Positions 48,820 through 61,405 are shown, numbered from the whole stretch's first letter. The stretch: DNA of 63,144 bases, filler included, from Folioceros fuciformis (GCA_049999805.1; 24 parts of 24 records of this genome joined end to end with filler, not necessarily neighbours in it); one strand, 5' to 3'. Made by a program: numbers and translations. Notes: generated by a model from the letters alone, not told the origin.

Positions 48820-49202
48820 ACCTCATTCTCTCGCATCCTCAGGTTGAAAAGGTCTTTGTGCACATGCACAAGAGAGGTTGAACTCTTATCCTGATAAATA
48901 GACTTGAAGACTTCCCAAACAGCTGTGGAACTCTTGGCTCCTATTGTATGAGACATCATGGTTTTATCTAAAGCAGCAATGAGAATTGAGCGAGCACGAC
49001 AATCCTTCCGCTCCTAAGCTAAGATCTCGTTTGCACTTTTAGCAAGTACTGTGACCTTGGGGTCTGTACCATCCATGATGGACATCAGCTCATGATCCTC
49101 AAATATTTGAGTTAGCCTCATGACCCAAATATAGTAATATGTTCCATTGAACCTATCCTTGTCCTTGAATTCTATCTTCAAAGGAGCAGGATTTGTAGCC
49201 AT
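48820..49202 (-). mobile_element. Copia gag N-terminus (one stop)
   Basis: EFKDKDRFNGTYYYIWVMRL...MDGTDPK...*ERKDCRARSIL...LFNLRMRENE. Confidence 0.88.
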
Positions 49203-49260
49203 GTTGATAGGAGCAACACGCCTCAGGAAACTATTCTACGCCAACTGAAGTTGACGTTGT

Positions 49261-49700
49261 CTATCTATCTATCGTAAATTCTTTGGGGAGAAATCCCAAA
49301 GAGAATATTCGAAGCATCAGCAAAGAGGAATGAAATGTCATCAACAAATTCATCATCTGAGTTTGAGCTTTTAGACAAAAACAGAAGATAAGCTCACAGC
49401 ATGGTGCGTTGCACCAGTGGACATCTCCGAGAAGAGTTGGCAGAGATAGGTGTGGGCTCCAACTTCGAAAGCTCTTCACACAGCTGATTGAGATTGTGAA
49501 TGCTGTCTGTAAGCTTCTCAAGGAAGATCCATTATGCTCTGTTTTGCTCCCGTAAGGTTGACAATTCGTCCAGGTTGATAGTCTCGCGCTCAAAAATGCA
49601 TCTACACATAGATTAGAGCATAGCAGGTTCCTGCCGCACCCAAGTGCGTGCCTCCACGAGTTGCAACTTTGAAATTGCGGAGATTCTGGTCGTTTTGTCA
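49261..49700 (-). pseudogene. Decayed extra ORF upstream of gag
   Basis: An alternative frame reads MCRCIFERETINLDELSTLREQNRA*WIFLEKLTDSIHNLNQLCEELSKL...DDEFVDDISFLF. No PBS found upstream. Confidence 0.35.
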
Positions 49701-50689
49701 TGGAGACAATAACTTCATCCCCTCTCTCCTCATTCTCTCTACCCACATTTGGCTTTTTTGGCTCATTTGGCTGTCTTACCGGCGAAGGTGCGTTCAAGAA
49801 TGTTTCAAAATGATCAAGCTCCCATTGCTCAACACTGGGATGTTGCTCAAGTCCCTTTCGGCTCTCCTCTGCTTCGGTGTTTACTCTTTCTTTGCCTTTC
49901 CTCTTGGTCTTCTTCTTTGCATGGCCTTGAGATTGAGAGAGTTCGAGCAGATCCAAAGGTGTAGTGTTTCCCATGCACCATTTGCAGTGTCTGAGCTCGT
50001 TGTCTGACAAACCTCCCACTTGCAACCTCAAGGGCAAAGAATAATGAGTGCCCCCAAGTATGCGGCTTTGTCATTAACTCTTCTTTGTTCGATGGAAACA
50101 GTTCATGCCCAGTTATTCTATGTTCGATAAAGATTGTATGTCGTGTTCCATGTTGATGGCAATACAATTGTGACCCTCCAACACTATAGCCAGGACTCCA
50201 GTACCGCTGCCAGGACTCCGGTACCGCTGCTAGGACTCCGCTACCGCTACCGCTGCAATACATAGTAGAGTTGTCTTTTGGTCGACAAGCCTTTGCTTCT
50301 CATCTCTATCACTTGCATCCCCTATGACCCCAAGCATTATGTATAAGTCATACTTCCATGTCATTGTTATTGGTACTCCTTGCTCACTTGTGATCTTCAA
50401 CTCATCATGGATGTACCTTACTTATTCGATAAATGACATTTTCTGGCAAAAGTTAAAGGAAATTAAAGTAGAAATGCTTAGGTTAAATATGTGTTAGTTT
50501 CATAATCAGTTATAACCAACTCCAATAGACTTTGGTACATATGACTCATTATTCAATTCTCATAATAACCGTTCCCCGATGATTCTGCCCTCAACAAAAG
50601 GAAGACGAGCTTTTGGCCGCCAGCGCCCTAATAAGAGGACTCCACGATGTGATCTGCAACCTCATGAGTGGGTGGGGCAACCCTCGATA

Positions 50690-51136
50690 AGTTGGTTTGG
50701 TTATAAGAGTGGGTATAGGTTTGGTCCCAAACCTGGGAAGGGTTAGGTTCGGTACCAGACCATAGGGTTGGGTGATTAGTTTAATATTAATTAAAGATAT
50801 AATATTAAATGATTAAATAATAATAATAATATAAAATAATATAAAATAATATAATAATGGTTTGAACATAGGAAGGGGTATCTGGGTGTGTCAGTGTCAG
50901 GGGTCAGGGTCTGACGATAGGCTGGCTGATTGCTTGGCTGGCATGAATGGTTGTGGAGGCCATGCCCTAGCTAGAGCTAGAGGCAGGGGTTGCGGCCGCC
51001 TCCATCCCTTTTCCCCCTCCCTTCCTTTCTCCCTTCCTCCTCCATTCCCTTCTTGCCCCCTTCCTCTTCTTCCTCCCTTCCTTCTCAATCTTCCCTCCCT
51101 GTTTCTTCTTTGGATCTAGATTGCAGGCAGGAGGAG
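50690..51136 (+). mobile_element. LTR fragment, same family as 18188-18771
   Basis: Close reverse-complement match, including gggtctgacgataggctggctgattgcttggctggcatgaa. Confidence 0.75.
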
Positions 51137-51236
51137 NNNNNNNNNNNNNNNNNNNNNNNNNNNNNNNNNNNNNNNNNNNNTTAATTAATTAANNNNNNNN
51201 NNNNNNNNNNNNNNNNNNNNNNNNNNNNNNNNNNNN

Positions 51237-51815
51237 GAGTCAGCTTCGGGCGTCGACTTCCGGACTCCGGCCAGAGAGTGGAGATGAGACGGCATCCCCA
51301 ACACCTATGACGGACGACTATGAGATCGGTCGCGGTTCTGGGTGCGGCTGGAAGGCTGCGCGGTAGTGAGCTGTGCAGTCGGCGGGCGGCCATGTCATCC
51401 CAAAAATTATGGTCCTGAAAAGGGCATCTTTCGGTATTCCGGTTTCTGCTAAATTGTGCGACGGTCCAAAAATTACGTAGGATTGGATCTTCCGTCTCGG
51501 ACTGGAGTGGTTTCGGGACTAAGTCCATTGCAACACCGGACTAAGATCATGTCCAAGAGCCCGGAGTACAACTCGGATCGGGCTATGCTTTCGGCTTCGG
51601 GATAACTGAACTCGGCCGGACTCGGAGCCGAGCTGGTTGCCGGAGTCAACTTCGGGCGTCAACTTCTGGACTCCGGCAGACTCCGACCGGACTCCGACTT
51701 CTAGAGAGTGGAGATGAGACGGCGTCCCCAACACCTATGACGGACGACTGAGATCGGTCGCGGTTCTGGGTGCAATTGGAAGACTGGGCGGTAGTGAGCT
51801 ATGGAGTCGGCGGGA
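51237..51815. repeat. ~150-170-bp imperfect direct repeat (51237-51387 and 51643-51814)
   Basis: Shared gagagtggagatgagacggc.tccccaacacctatgacggacgact..gagatcggtcgcggttctgggtgc. Confidence 0.85.
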
Positions 51816-51896
51816 GGCCATGTGCGAGATCGAGCAAGTGTTGATTGCCATTTGCAAGACTCACAAGTTGCCCCGAAGGTGCCTTGCTTTGGGATG

Positions 51897-51977
51897 AAGC
51901 ACGCGGTGGATTGGTGGGCGCTGGGGATTTTGCTCGATGAGATGTTGTATGGGTGGACCTCGTTCTGCGGTCGGAAG
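51897..51977 (+). pseudogene. Isolated AGC-family protein kinase subdomain IX fragment
   Basis: HAVDWWALGILLDEMLYGWTSFCG resembles the plant AGC kinase motif AVDWWALGILLYEMLYGxTPFxG. No other subdomains nearby. Confidence 0.75.
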
Positions 51978-52357
51978 CCGGCACTCTGCCTCTCCGTGCA
52001 GCCACGACCATACCAAGAGCAACCCCCGTAGCTGGAGTTTCAAGGTGGACAATGACCGCGATAGAAGACCCCACTTGCAGCGTTACTCCTACAACGGTGC
52101 TTGCACCAAGGTGATGCAGGTGCTGGACAAGGGCAGGGCGGTGGCACTGGCTGCATCCGCTGGTTCCATGTCCATGGCGGGGGACGCTTAGGTGTGGGAG
52201 ATCAGCTCGAGATTCGGGCCTCGATGGGGTAGGCACCACAACGGTGTCGACTTGGCCACCCCCACCTCGCTGCGGATGCCGGGGAAGTCGCGTTCATGGG
52301 ATGGGAACCTAGCGGCTATGGATACCTTGTGGAGATCACACACAACGACGGCCGGAA

Positions 52358-53083
52358 TGTGAAAGAGTGCAACTCTAGCCCACTAAATTAGGCATACCGT
52401 TTGTGACGTTTCATATAAGACATGAAATAGTTTCTGTTGTATTTTCTAACTACTTCAATTATGAAAAGCATGGTGTGCAAGTCTCGTACGACTTTTGCTT
52501 TGTCACTCGGTATCAGAGCCTGCATATGTATGGGCTCTAAATGTCCATAATCTCTGGATGCCTGATCTGCCAATTGGTCTATGCCTGATCTGCCAATGTC
52601 TATGATGCTGCGCATCGCGTGCGCGCTGTTTGCTTCTCCTGTTGACTTAAAAAATGACTAGAAGACGGAGAGTCGCATAGTGTGTGGCCCCTCCCATTTC
52701 GCAGCTGCCAAGGGAACAATCCCATAACAATTCTCACAGGAATTGGGTGCCTCCACAACATGATCAAGGGAGGGTCACTGCCCATCAAAATTGGGTACCC
52801 CGTGCTAGGGAACAAGGTAGGACAACTCTCTCTCTGAAGTTCTTAGTGAAAGGAGACAGTTTCTTAGTTGGGAGAATCCTAACAACAAAATTGTGAATGC
52901 ATGATGAATGGAAGATAAGAAGGAGCGGAAAGGTAAGCAGCAAATTCGATATGAAAGATATAGGAGAGCTGAAGTTCTGTTTGGGAATTCAGCTGTTACG
53001 TGTCAGGATAGAAGGACTGCTGATAATCCACCAATATCAGTATGTGCAAGAATTATTGCTGAAGTTTAAACTTGAACAAGCAC
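52358..53083 (+). mobile_element. Short LTR (~52358-52505), Met PBS variant (52508-52519) and a Copia RT fragment (~52930-53083)
   Basis: cggtatcagagc; SKFDMKDIGELKFCLGIQL only ~410 bp after the PBS. Confidence 0.7.
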
Positions 53084-53183
53084 NNNNNNNNNNNNNNNNN
53101 NNNNNNNNNNNNNNNNNNNNNNNNNNNTTAATTAATTAANNNNNNNNNNNNNNNNNNNNNNNNNNNNNNNNNNNNNNNNNNNN

Positions 53184-56100
53184 CATAAATCGTTTTAAGT
53201 AGCCTACAAACTTTCTGTGGGTACTTTTTGTCCACAAATCCTTCAGGCTGATCCATGTATAGTGTCTCCTCTAACTCACCACGTAAAAATGTTGTGCAGA
53301 CATCCATCTGCTGTACCTCCAAATCTAGTTCAGCTGCCAAGGCCATCAGAATACGAATGGAAGGGGGTTTTACCACAGGAGAAAACGTATAACCATAATC
53401 GATCCCTTGTATTTGGCTAAACCCCCTTGCTACTAGCCTAGATTTATACCTGGCTATAGTGCCATCAGCATGGAGTTTAGATCTGAAGACCCACTTGCAA
53501 CTAATGGGTTTTCTTCCTAGTGGCAGGTCAACCAATTCCCACGTCTGGTTTTTAATGAGCAAATTGTACTCATCAGCAATAGAGAGCTTCCATTTTTCTC
53601 CATCAAGACCATGAACAGCTTCAGGATAAGATTGGGGATCAGGTCGCACTTCAAGTACACTCAAATCTACAGCATGTGCTTGAGAGCGACGAAAATCAAC
53701 TGACTGATATGGAGGTTCAGACCACTGCTCCCTAGGACGCCTGTCACGTGTAGGATACCTAGGTTCAGGTTGATCAAGGACTTCAACTGGAGGAAGAGCA
53801 ACTGAAGGCTCAGAATCTATCTGGTCTTCACCACCAGAAGAACTTTCTAAAACATCTAGGTCCTCATTTAACTCATCATCTGAATGGACAGGTGCTGCTG
53901 GATCAAGATCAGCATCAAGGTGATCAAGGGGATCATCTTGCTCCACATCTAGTGCATCCTCAAGCTCAAGTAATTCAGTTATAGACTGTCCATCCAAACC
54001 AGGATATTCCACGTAAGGAAAGTGTTGAAGTTCAGTTGCTAAACTGACAAGAGTAAAATTGTCTTCAACAAGCACAGATAATGATTCCGAATTGACCCCC
54101 ACTGAAGCAAGCTGGTCTGAAGCAAGACTTGAACGAGCAGAGATAGGTTCATCAAACACCACACTCCTCGCCAGCACCACTCTCTGGGTAGGTGAATCAA
54201 GCAACCTGTAAGCTTTGGAGGTTTCTGAATACCCTAGAAAAATATATGGTTTTGCCCTATCATCCAGCTTACGATGACGTGGCTTAGGGACATATGCATA
54301 TGCTAGAGAACCAAAGACCCTCAGATGGAGAAGACTTGGTTTCTTCTTCCAAAACACTTCATAGGGGGTTTTTCCAGGAACAACTTTTGTTAACACGCGA
54401 TTTAGGATATAAGCTGGTGTTGAAATAGCTTCTGCCCAGAACGTCTTTGGTAAGCTAGCCCAACTGAGCATACTTCTTGTCATTCCCATCAAAGTTTGAT
54501 TCTTTCTTTCTGCAACTCCATTCTGTTGCTGAGTATATGGTACTGAATACTGATGAATAATGCCTTGTGATTGGAACAAATCATCATATCTGTGGCCTGA
54601 AAACTCCCCACCATGATCCGTTCGAAGACATTTAATGAGGTTTCCAGTCTGTCTTTGAACCAAGGAAATCCAGGACCTCTATACACTCAAAGGCATAACT
54701 CTTGAGCCTGATTGGAAAGACCCAAGTATATTGAGAGAAATCATCAGTCAAGGTAAGGTAATATTCAGCACCACCCAAGGACCTAATTTGAAGCTTTCCA
54801 GCAAGGTCAGCATGAAAAAGTTCTAAGACTGACGTTGCCCTTTATGCTTGCTTGTTCTTAAAGGGTAGCTCCTTCTGCTTAGAAAGAACACAAGAGCTAC
54901 ACACTGACAGATTCTTAAAACAAGGAGGTAGTTTCTCCCTGAAGCTATTCAAAGAGGCCATCAAGTTGAGCTTTTCCTTGTTGACATGTCCTAACCTAAC
55001 ATGCCACAGATTTGCTTCGGAGGAAGATGACAAGGCATACACCAAGGGGGAAGTAGGACTGACATGTAGCCTATACAAGTCATCCACAAGCTCTCCTCGT
55101 GCTATGCAAAGTCCAAGGGCGGACAATCTGTACATGCAGCAACTGCCCTGCTCAAAGGTAAAACCATAGCAGCCTGATTTCGTAGCTGCTCTAACAGATA
55201 GCAGGTTCTTGGACATAGCAGGTACGTACAAAACGCCTTCAAGCTGTATATCCTCACCTTCCAACAATGAAATGGTAACTGTTCCTGAACCCTTTACAAC
55301 TACACCTCTCGCATGATGAGAATCGGTAGCTCTCAGATAGGAAGAAGAAGAAACAATGTAATTGAGTAAATAATGAGTAAAGTACAAGCCTTTAAATAGG
55401 CTGGGTGGTTGGACGGTTGGGCGGTTACAACCATAAGTGGTTGTAACCGAAAGTAGTTATAACCGTAAACGGTTATAACCGATATAACCAATATAACTTC
55501 TACCTACCTAAATAACCATAGGTAGATAATTATATTTAATGTTACGAGGCCCTAATGAATAGCGCCCTAAATCTAGACCTATTTCATCATCGCATCCCCC
55601 ACATACACTAACTGAGGTGATGTTTGTGATGTGAAGGTGGAGAACAGACTCTGATTATTGCACACATGTGATGTAGCACCAGAGTCTATGAACTAGGCAG
55701 AAGAGGAATCTCTAGTGGATGTGAAGCAGACTGTAAGAACAGTGGAGCTGATCTTACGAGAAGAGGTTGCAAAGCCCTTGTCCTTCATAGCGACATGAGC
55801 CTCTATCTGAACCTCCTTCTTTGGCTCTCCAGCTTTCTTTTTACGACAGTCTCTCTCCCAATGACCAGGCAACTAACACCAATGACAATTTCCTTGTCTC
55901 TTGGTGAGTGAAGCTCCTGTACCACCAGGTATCTTCTTACCCTTGCTCTTCATAAATGGTTTCCCCAAGGTAGCAAATAACACCTTCTCATTCTTGGCTC
56001 TTTGATGCTGCCCCCCAAGTCTATGGTGGGATTGCTCTTCATGAAAGAGTGCACCAGTAAGCTCGCTGAATGTAAGTGTTTGTGTCTGCCCAACGGAGAC

Positions 56101-56859
56101 TGCAGCCACAGAAAATCTCAAGGCAGCTTTCTGGGTTGAAACAAAACTCTGATAAGGGGGAGGAAGGCTGGACAGTAGCTGAGCAACCACTTCGTTCTCA
56201 GTAAGTACACTGCCCAGAGAAGCTAATTGAGCTCTTAACACCCTGAAGCGACTAATATGTACAGCAACAGAATCTCCTTCCTTCATTTTCAAAGAATGGA
56301 ATTCCTTCCTAGCAGCAACCAGAGTAAGGATGTTCTGCACCTGATAAGTTTCTTTGAGCTGATTCCACACTGCTGCTGCAGACTCTAAGTATTCAACTTC
56401 TGTCACCGTGGCTTCATCCAGGCCAGATAGAAGAATAGCAAAGGCAATTTTGTTGCCTTTGTTCCACATAGCAATCTCATCAGCAGTTGGTTGGACTGGG
56501 GCTGATGCTGGAGTCTTGCGAGGATCAGGTAGAGTACCATTAACGTACTCCCACACATCCCGTGCATCCAGGTAGGCCTTCATCCAAGCTCGCCAACCCT
56601 CATACCTGGTTGGTTTTCCATCGAACCGATCCTTTTCTTTGAACTCTCCTCCATAGCCACCAGGAACAGTAGTAGGAATAGAAGACGACACAATCGTGTT
56701 AGCCATAACTGCGGCTAATTGAGGTTGTGCTAACTGAATTGCCACTGTGACTTGTGAGGGACGGTTCAATAAGCCTACATCGTCAACAAAGTCTGATGCT
56801 AAGACTAGCCGGGCTAAAGACTCAGACAAAGAATCAAGATCTAAGTCGTCCTCATCCAT
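53184..56859 (-). mobile_element. Copia gag-protease-integrase-RT, interrupted by a solo LTR
   Basis: [66 protein letters not shown]. Confidence 0.97.
55314..55589. mobile_element. Solo LTR (276 bp) with 5-bp target site duplication TCGCA
   Basis: Termini TGATGA...TCATCA; TCGCA at 55309-55313 and 55590-55594. Removal restores VYVGDARGVVVKG. Confidence 0.93.
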
Positions 56860-57091
56860 CCATCAAGCACAAGGGCTGGTTAGACTTTCTCCACTATTCC
56901 ATGTTAAGTTTCAGCCGGCAATGTTAAGAGCCAACAAAAAAACAACAACTTAAATTAGCAAAACGATAAGCCAGTCTACAGACACGAACCGGTACTATAA
57001 CCGTTCGTCCCTGTCCATTCAGCTGCAGACATTCCAGGCACTGAAACGACACCAATCACACTCGCGCCTGTCCAGATCTGCACCTAATTTC

Positions 57092-57634
57092 TCACAGCGG
57101 AGGCTTGTCCCAGTGACGCTTGGGCATAGGCGCATGTGATACAGGATACGCCTTGCCAGATCCTTGCAACGGGCAGGAGCAGACACGAATTGCTGATGAA
57201 GCTTGTACCAAGGTGCTATCTTCACCAAAAACTTCAATCAATTCAGCAATTCTGACCGCAAAACTGTCTAACCATGTCTCATGTTTGATCTGGTTGTCCA
57301 GCGAACGCCTGAGGAGGAACTCAATGGATTCAAGGCGAGAAATTAGTGTCGATAGCACGACGTCAGATACTTTATGTTTGAAAACTTTGCGAACAACTTT
57401 GCTTGAATGAAATCCAGTATGTTGTAGCCTCTTAGAGTCACCAAAGTAATTTTGTCGTACAGGGTAGCCACCCCGTCTACTGACTCGATCAGGCCTACTG
57501 AAATCACAGCGGTGTCTCCACAAAAAACTGAGGCAGCAAATCCTCATTAAGCCACCTCCCGCCTCGTGCCATCGAACCAGCAACTCAAAATCATCAAACA
57601 CTAGAATGAATTTTCCCTTGAATTCCTCATTCAA
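57092..57634 (-). CDS. Extra 5' ORF of Copia element (180 aa), unknown function
   Basis: Lies between PBS (57805) and gag (56859): LSTLISRLESIEFLLRRSLDNQ...RIAELIEVF...VCSCP. TTG start in the ORF track. Confidence 0.5.
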   Translation of the reverse strand: MNEEFKGKFILVFDDFELLVRWHEAGGGLMRICCLSFLWRHRCDFSRPDRVSRRGGYPVRQNYFGDSKRLQHTGFHSSKVVRKVFKHKVSDVVLSTLISRLESIEFLLRRSLDNQIKHETWLDSFAVRIAELIEVFGEDSTLVQASSAIRVCSCPLQGSGKAYPVSHAPMPKRHWDKPPL

Positions 57635-57804
57635 AAGAAACTAAACACAAAAGCATCTATATGAGATGTATATTTCCAAGCATATATAGACACAGCTTAT
57701 ATATGCACAAATGTCAATAACCAAGGACTAGAGAAACCATGACTAGTACTCAACAGCATTTTTCAAGGTCCAAGGAATTTTTGTGTCTAAAAAAAAAGAC
57801 CATG

Positions 57805-58021
57805 GCTCTGATACCATGTCAAAGTTGCAGAAGCATGAAAACTAAAAATAGAAAATAATTAATTAAAATATTACATAGTTGGTATTTTAAAGGTTTATAA
57901 CTAACCAATCCATATCTATTTACTAATCATTACTAACTATATTATATTTAACTAATCTACATCTTAGTTAAATAACCCATGTTGGGTTAATCTCATTAAT
58001 TCTGCAAGTCGTCATTAGACA
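57805..58021 (-). mobile_element. Met PBS (57805-57816) plus Copia 5' LTR (57817-58021)
   Basis: gctctgatacca then tgtc...gaca termini (205 bp). Confidence 0.82.
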
Positions 58022-58648
58022 GCGAGCTACTTGGAGCCTTAGTGCTGAGTGGTGTGAGAGGGAGTGAATGATTTATAAGTGGAGAGCTGCGGAGTGAATA
58101 GACGAGATTCCTTTTACCCTGCGTAAGGAAGGGGGTGTAACTGGTTTGTATATCTAAACTAAAACATAAAGTTACTACCTAATATCCGTCGTATAGTCGA
58201 GTGGTCAGAAGCACCAGTCTGACAGCCCGCCCACAGGTATTACAGGACGGCTCACCCCTTCAGGCAGGACGGCTGACGGTTCACCCCTTCAGGCTGCTGC
58301 GGTCTTACATACGTATGTACAGTGTACCCGGCAGGGGATCTGTCTAGACGATACTTTTGTGAGAGTCATCTTCCGTCAGCGGTCCCTGAACGATGGCCAC
58401 AGTATGGCAACCGGACCTGTTGTGGACCCAACAAATTGGAATTGGTGTGCGTACAAGGACTCTGCCAGGAACCCCCGCTCACCTCAGCTTCGGGAGTGAA
58501 CCCTTTGCAAACAAAGGCTCCAGGTGCAGCAGTGTCAGGAGCCCAGCANNNNNNNNNNNNNNNNNNNNNNNNNNNNNNNNNNNNNNNNNNNNTTAATTAA
58601 TTAANNNNNNNNNNNNNNNNNNNNNNNNNNNNNNNNNNNNNNNNNNNN

Positions 58649-59696
58649 CCGAGATGATCTTCACCTTTTCCATGTCGACTTGCAACCCCCTGGCTAAAAC
58701 TCTATGGGCTAGCAAGATACCCTCCGTCATGCAAAAGAAACACTTCCCCGGATGCAACTTGAGGTTAGTCTCCCTACACCTCTGCAAGCACTTCCTTAGC
58801 TGTTCCAAGTGTAGGTACCTCCTTCCAAAGACACAAAAGTCATCCAAGAACACCTCCATGAACTTCCGAAGGAACTCCTTGAAAATGGTATTCACCACCC
58901 GCTGAAAAGTTGCCGGAGCATTGCAGAGCCCAAAAGGCAACTTGGTGTAGGCGTAGGTCCCCCAATCAGTTGTGAAAGTCGTCTTGTCGCGATCCTCCTC
59001 CCTCAGTGTGATCTGATTGTAACCTGAATACCCATCTAGGAAACTGTACATCTCATGTCCAGCAACTGTGTCCAACACACTGTCCATGAAAGGGAGTGGA
59101 TGATGGTCTTTCTTGGTCGCCTCATTGAGCTTCCTGAAGTCCTGGCAAACCCTCACCTTGCCAGCTTGCTTCTTAGGCACCACCACAATTGGAGCTACCC
59201 ACTCACTAGTTAGGACAGGATAGATGACTCCAGCCTCCAAGTACTGATCCAACTGCTCCTTCACAACCATGGAGTACTTTGGGTTCAATCGGTATTGCTT
59301 CACCCGAACCGGTGTGCTTCCCTCCTTGAGATCTATCCTATGAACACCCAGCTCCTCTGGAACACTTGTCATGTCCGTCACCTTGAAGGCAAACACATCC
59401 AAATATTCAATCAATAGCGCCTTCAAACCTACCTTCTCCTTGGGTGTGAGGTACTTGGACACCTTGACCTTCTTCCCTGGGGTCAACTCCATGTCCTCGA
59501 CAGCATCGGGATCCACGTAAACTCCTTCGGGACTACTCCCTACACTTGTTCCTGATCCTTCTTCTGGGAAATCATAGTCATAGGCTTTCCCCTTCCAAAA
59601 GGCAGCTCCTTCCCTTCGCTCTTCATCCTCCTGTGGATCTTCATTCTCCACCACTTCAGTATGGAAACAAGTCACCTCTTGATCCAAATCCACCAT
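58649..59696 (-). mobile_element. Ty3/Gypsy (Athila/Tat-like) reverse transcriptase, open frame
   Basis: WVAPIVVVPKK, RVCQDFRKLN, YSFLDGYSGYNQI, PFGLCNAPATFQR, VFLDDFCVFG. Confidence 0.97.
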
Positions 59697-61405
59697 CCTG
59701 ACAGTATGCCCTACTCCCTTGTAGGCTCCTGTACTACTGGAAGTGCTACCTCCAGTACTACCGGATGTGTACCCGGGAGATCGTCCTGCTGTTTCTCCCC
59801 CATAGGGAGCTTTGCTNNNNNNNNNNNNNNNNNNNNNNNNNNNNNNNNNNNNNNNNNNNNTTAATTAATTAANNNNNNNNNNNNNNNNNNNNNNNNNNNN
59901 NNNNNNNNNNNNNNNNTTCCCATTTATACGAAGAATCGGCCAGGATTTCTTCCCTCACATCTGTTGGCTTCACTGCAATTCAGCTACGCATCAGGTCGTC
60001 ACACACAATCTTGAACAGCGGTGCAGAATTTCAACAACATTTTGCAGTCATTATGCAGCCAAGGACTCACAAGTCGGAGTCGCAGATCTCCGAGGCTCCG
60101 TCACAGCTCGAAAATGGCTTCGAGGACCGAGCTCCCTTTGGACCAGGCAGGCAATACCACCACCAGTCTTCATGCATTCCAGGTCGTCCCCACAGTCCCC
60201 GGTCCCGGCCTCTTCGCCAGACCGTGCGATTTCGCGGCAGGGTCAGACTCTCCATCTCACGAGCCTTCATGCAGAAATGTTCATACGGAAGCTGCCAAAT
60301 TCTTTGGTGGTGGACAAAGAACCAAGAACAAGAAAATGAGCGAGAGTAGTGCTAGTGCTCACGCCCATCATCTGAGCCGTGATCGCTTGCGCCGTGATCG
60401 CTTGCGCGCGCAATCGTGATAGTAACTTCTCAGACACCGCCATCGGCGTGATAGTAACTGCTCAGACACACCGATGGCGGTGACAGAGTAGCGTACGTTT
60501 GTACCTTGTACATCAAACATGACATGAAGGAAGGCCGTACAGGTGGCTAAGCTAGGTGGGTATAGGGTACCCCAACTCAAATATTTGCTTCCTTTTTATC
60601 ACCTGCGGATCTTTTGAGTTCTTGTTCTTGTTCGTTTCGTTCGACGACGTTTGTTAACGGGACTCGCTTTATGAGGACACCGATCGGATTCAATTACTCC
60701 AATTCAGTTAAATTACTGCAGTCTGCCCTGCCCCTGCACCAGGTAGGTGCTGAGGTTCTCCGTGGTATTCGTATGCCTGGAACACAAGCAGTGCCCAGTC
60801 AGGCACTGCCCCCTGTTCTACAAAACTTCCGTAGGAAATGCACAAATTTGCTGTGCCATTAACACTATCTTAGTAAACAGCCTCCACTTTGGGTCGAGTA
60901 TTGTCTCAATCTATTTGCCACCAAGTGATGTAGGCAAGGCAAGGCAAGCATATAAAATAATGCTATCAGCACTAACAACATTCTCCCTCCTATGCAGCCG
61001 CCCGGGAAGTGAACATAGGAATGCTCCTGTGCGGACTTATCAACGTGAACGTACTCCGTATCAACCTTAGCGTGGATGGGAGAAGGCCTGAGACATACTC
61101 AGAAAAAAAAATGCCACAAGATGTGTCTGGCTTCTTCTTGTCTCATGCAATCAAACGGTTTAACGAGCCATGCTCTGCAAGCCACCGCCTCTCCAGACCT
61201 GAAGAGTGTGTAGAGAATCTGAAGTTCTCAGAAACCATCCTCGTGCACACCCATTTCCAGAGTTGTGGTTGCAAGCTTACACAACTCATGTTCCCTTCCC
61301 TCATCNNNNNNNNNNNNNNNNNNNNNNNNNNNNNNNNNNNNNNNNNNNNTTAATTAATTAANNNNNNNNNNNNNNNNNNNNNNNNNNNNNNNNNNNNNNN
61401 NNNNN

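Noticed and set aside
50189-50258. 20-bp triple repeat gccaggactcc.gtaccgct
   Set aside because: Short slippage-type duplication with no evident function.
55314-55387. N-terminus MYFTHYLLNY... of ORF 54842-55387 as a real start
   Set aside because: Derived from the solo LTR; the true frame continues beyond 55594.
58056-58223. Possible PPT (GAGAGGGAG) and short 3' LTR
   Set aside because: Termini are unconvincing and there is no partner LTR or coding region to support it.
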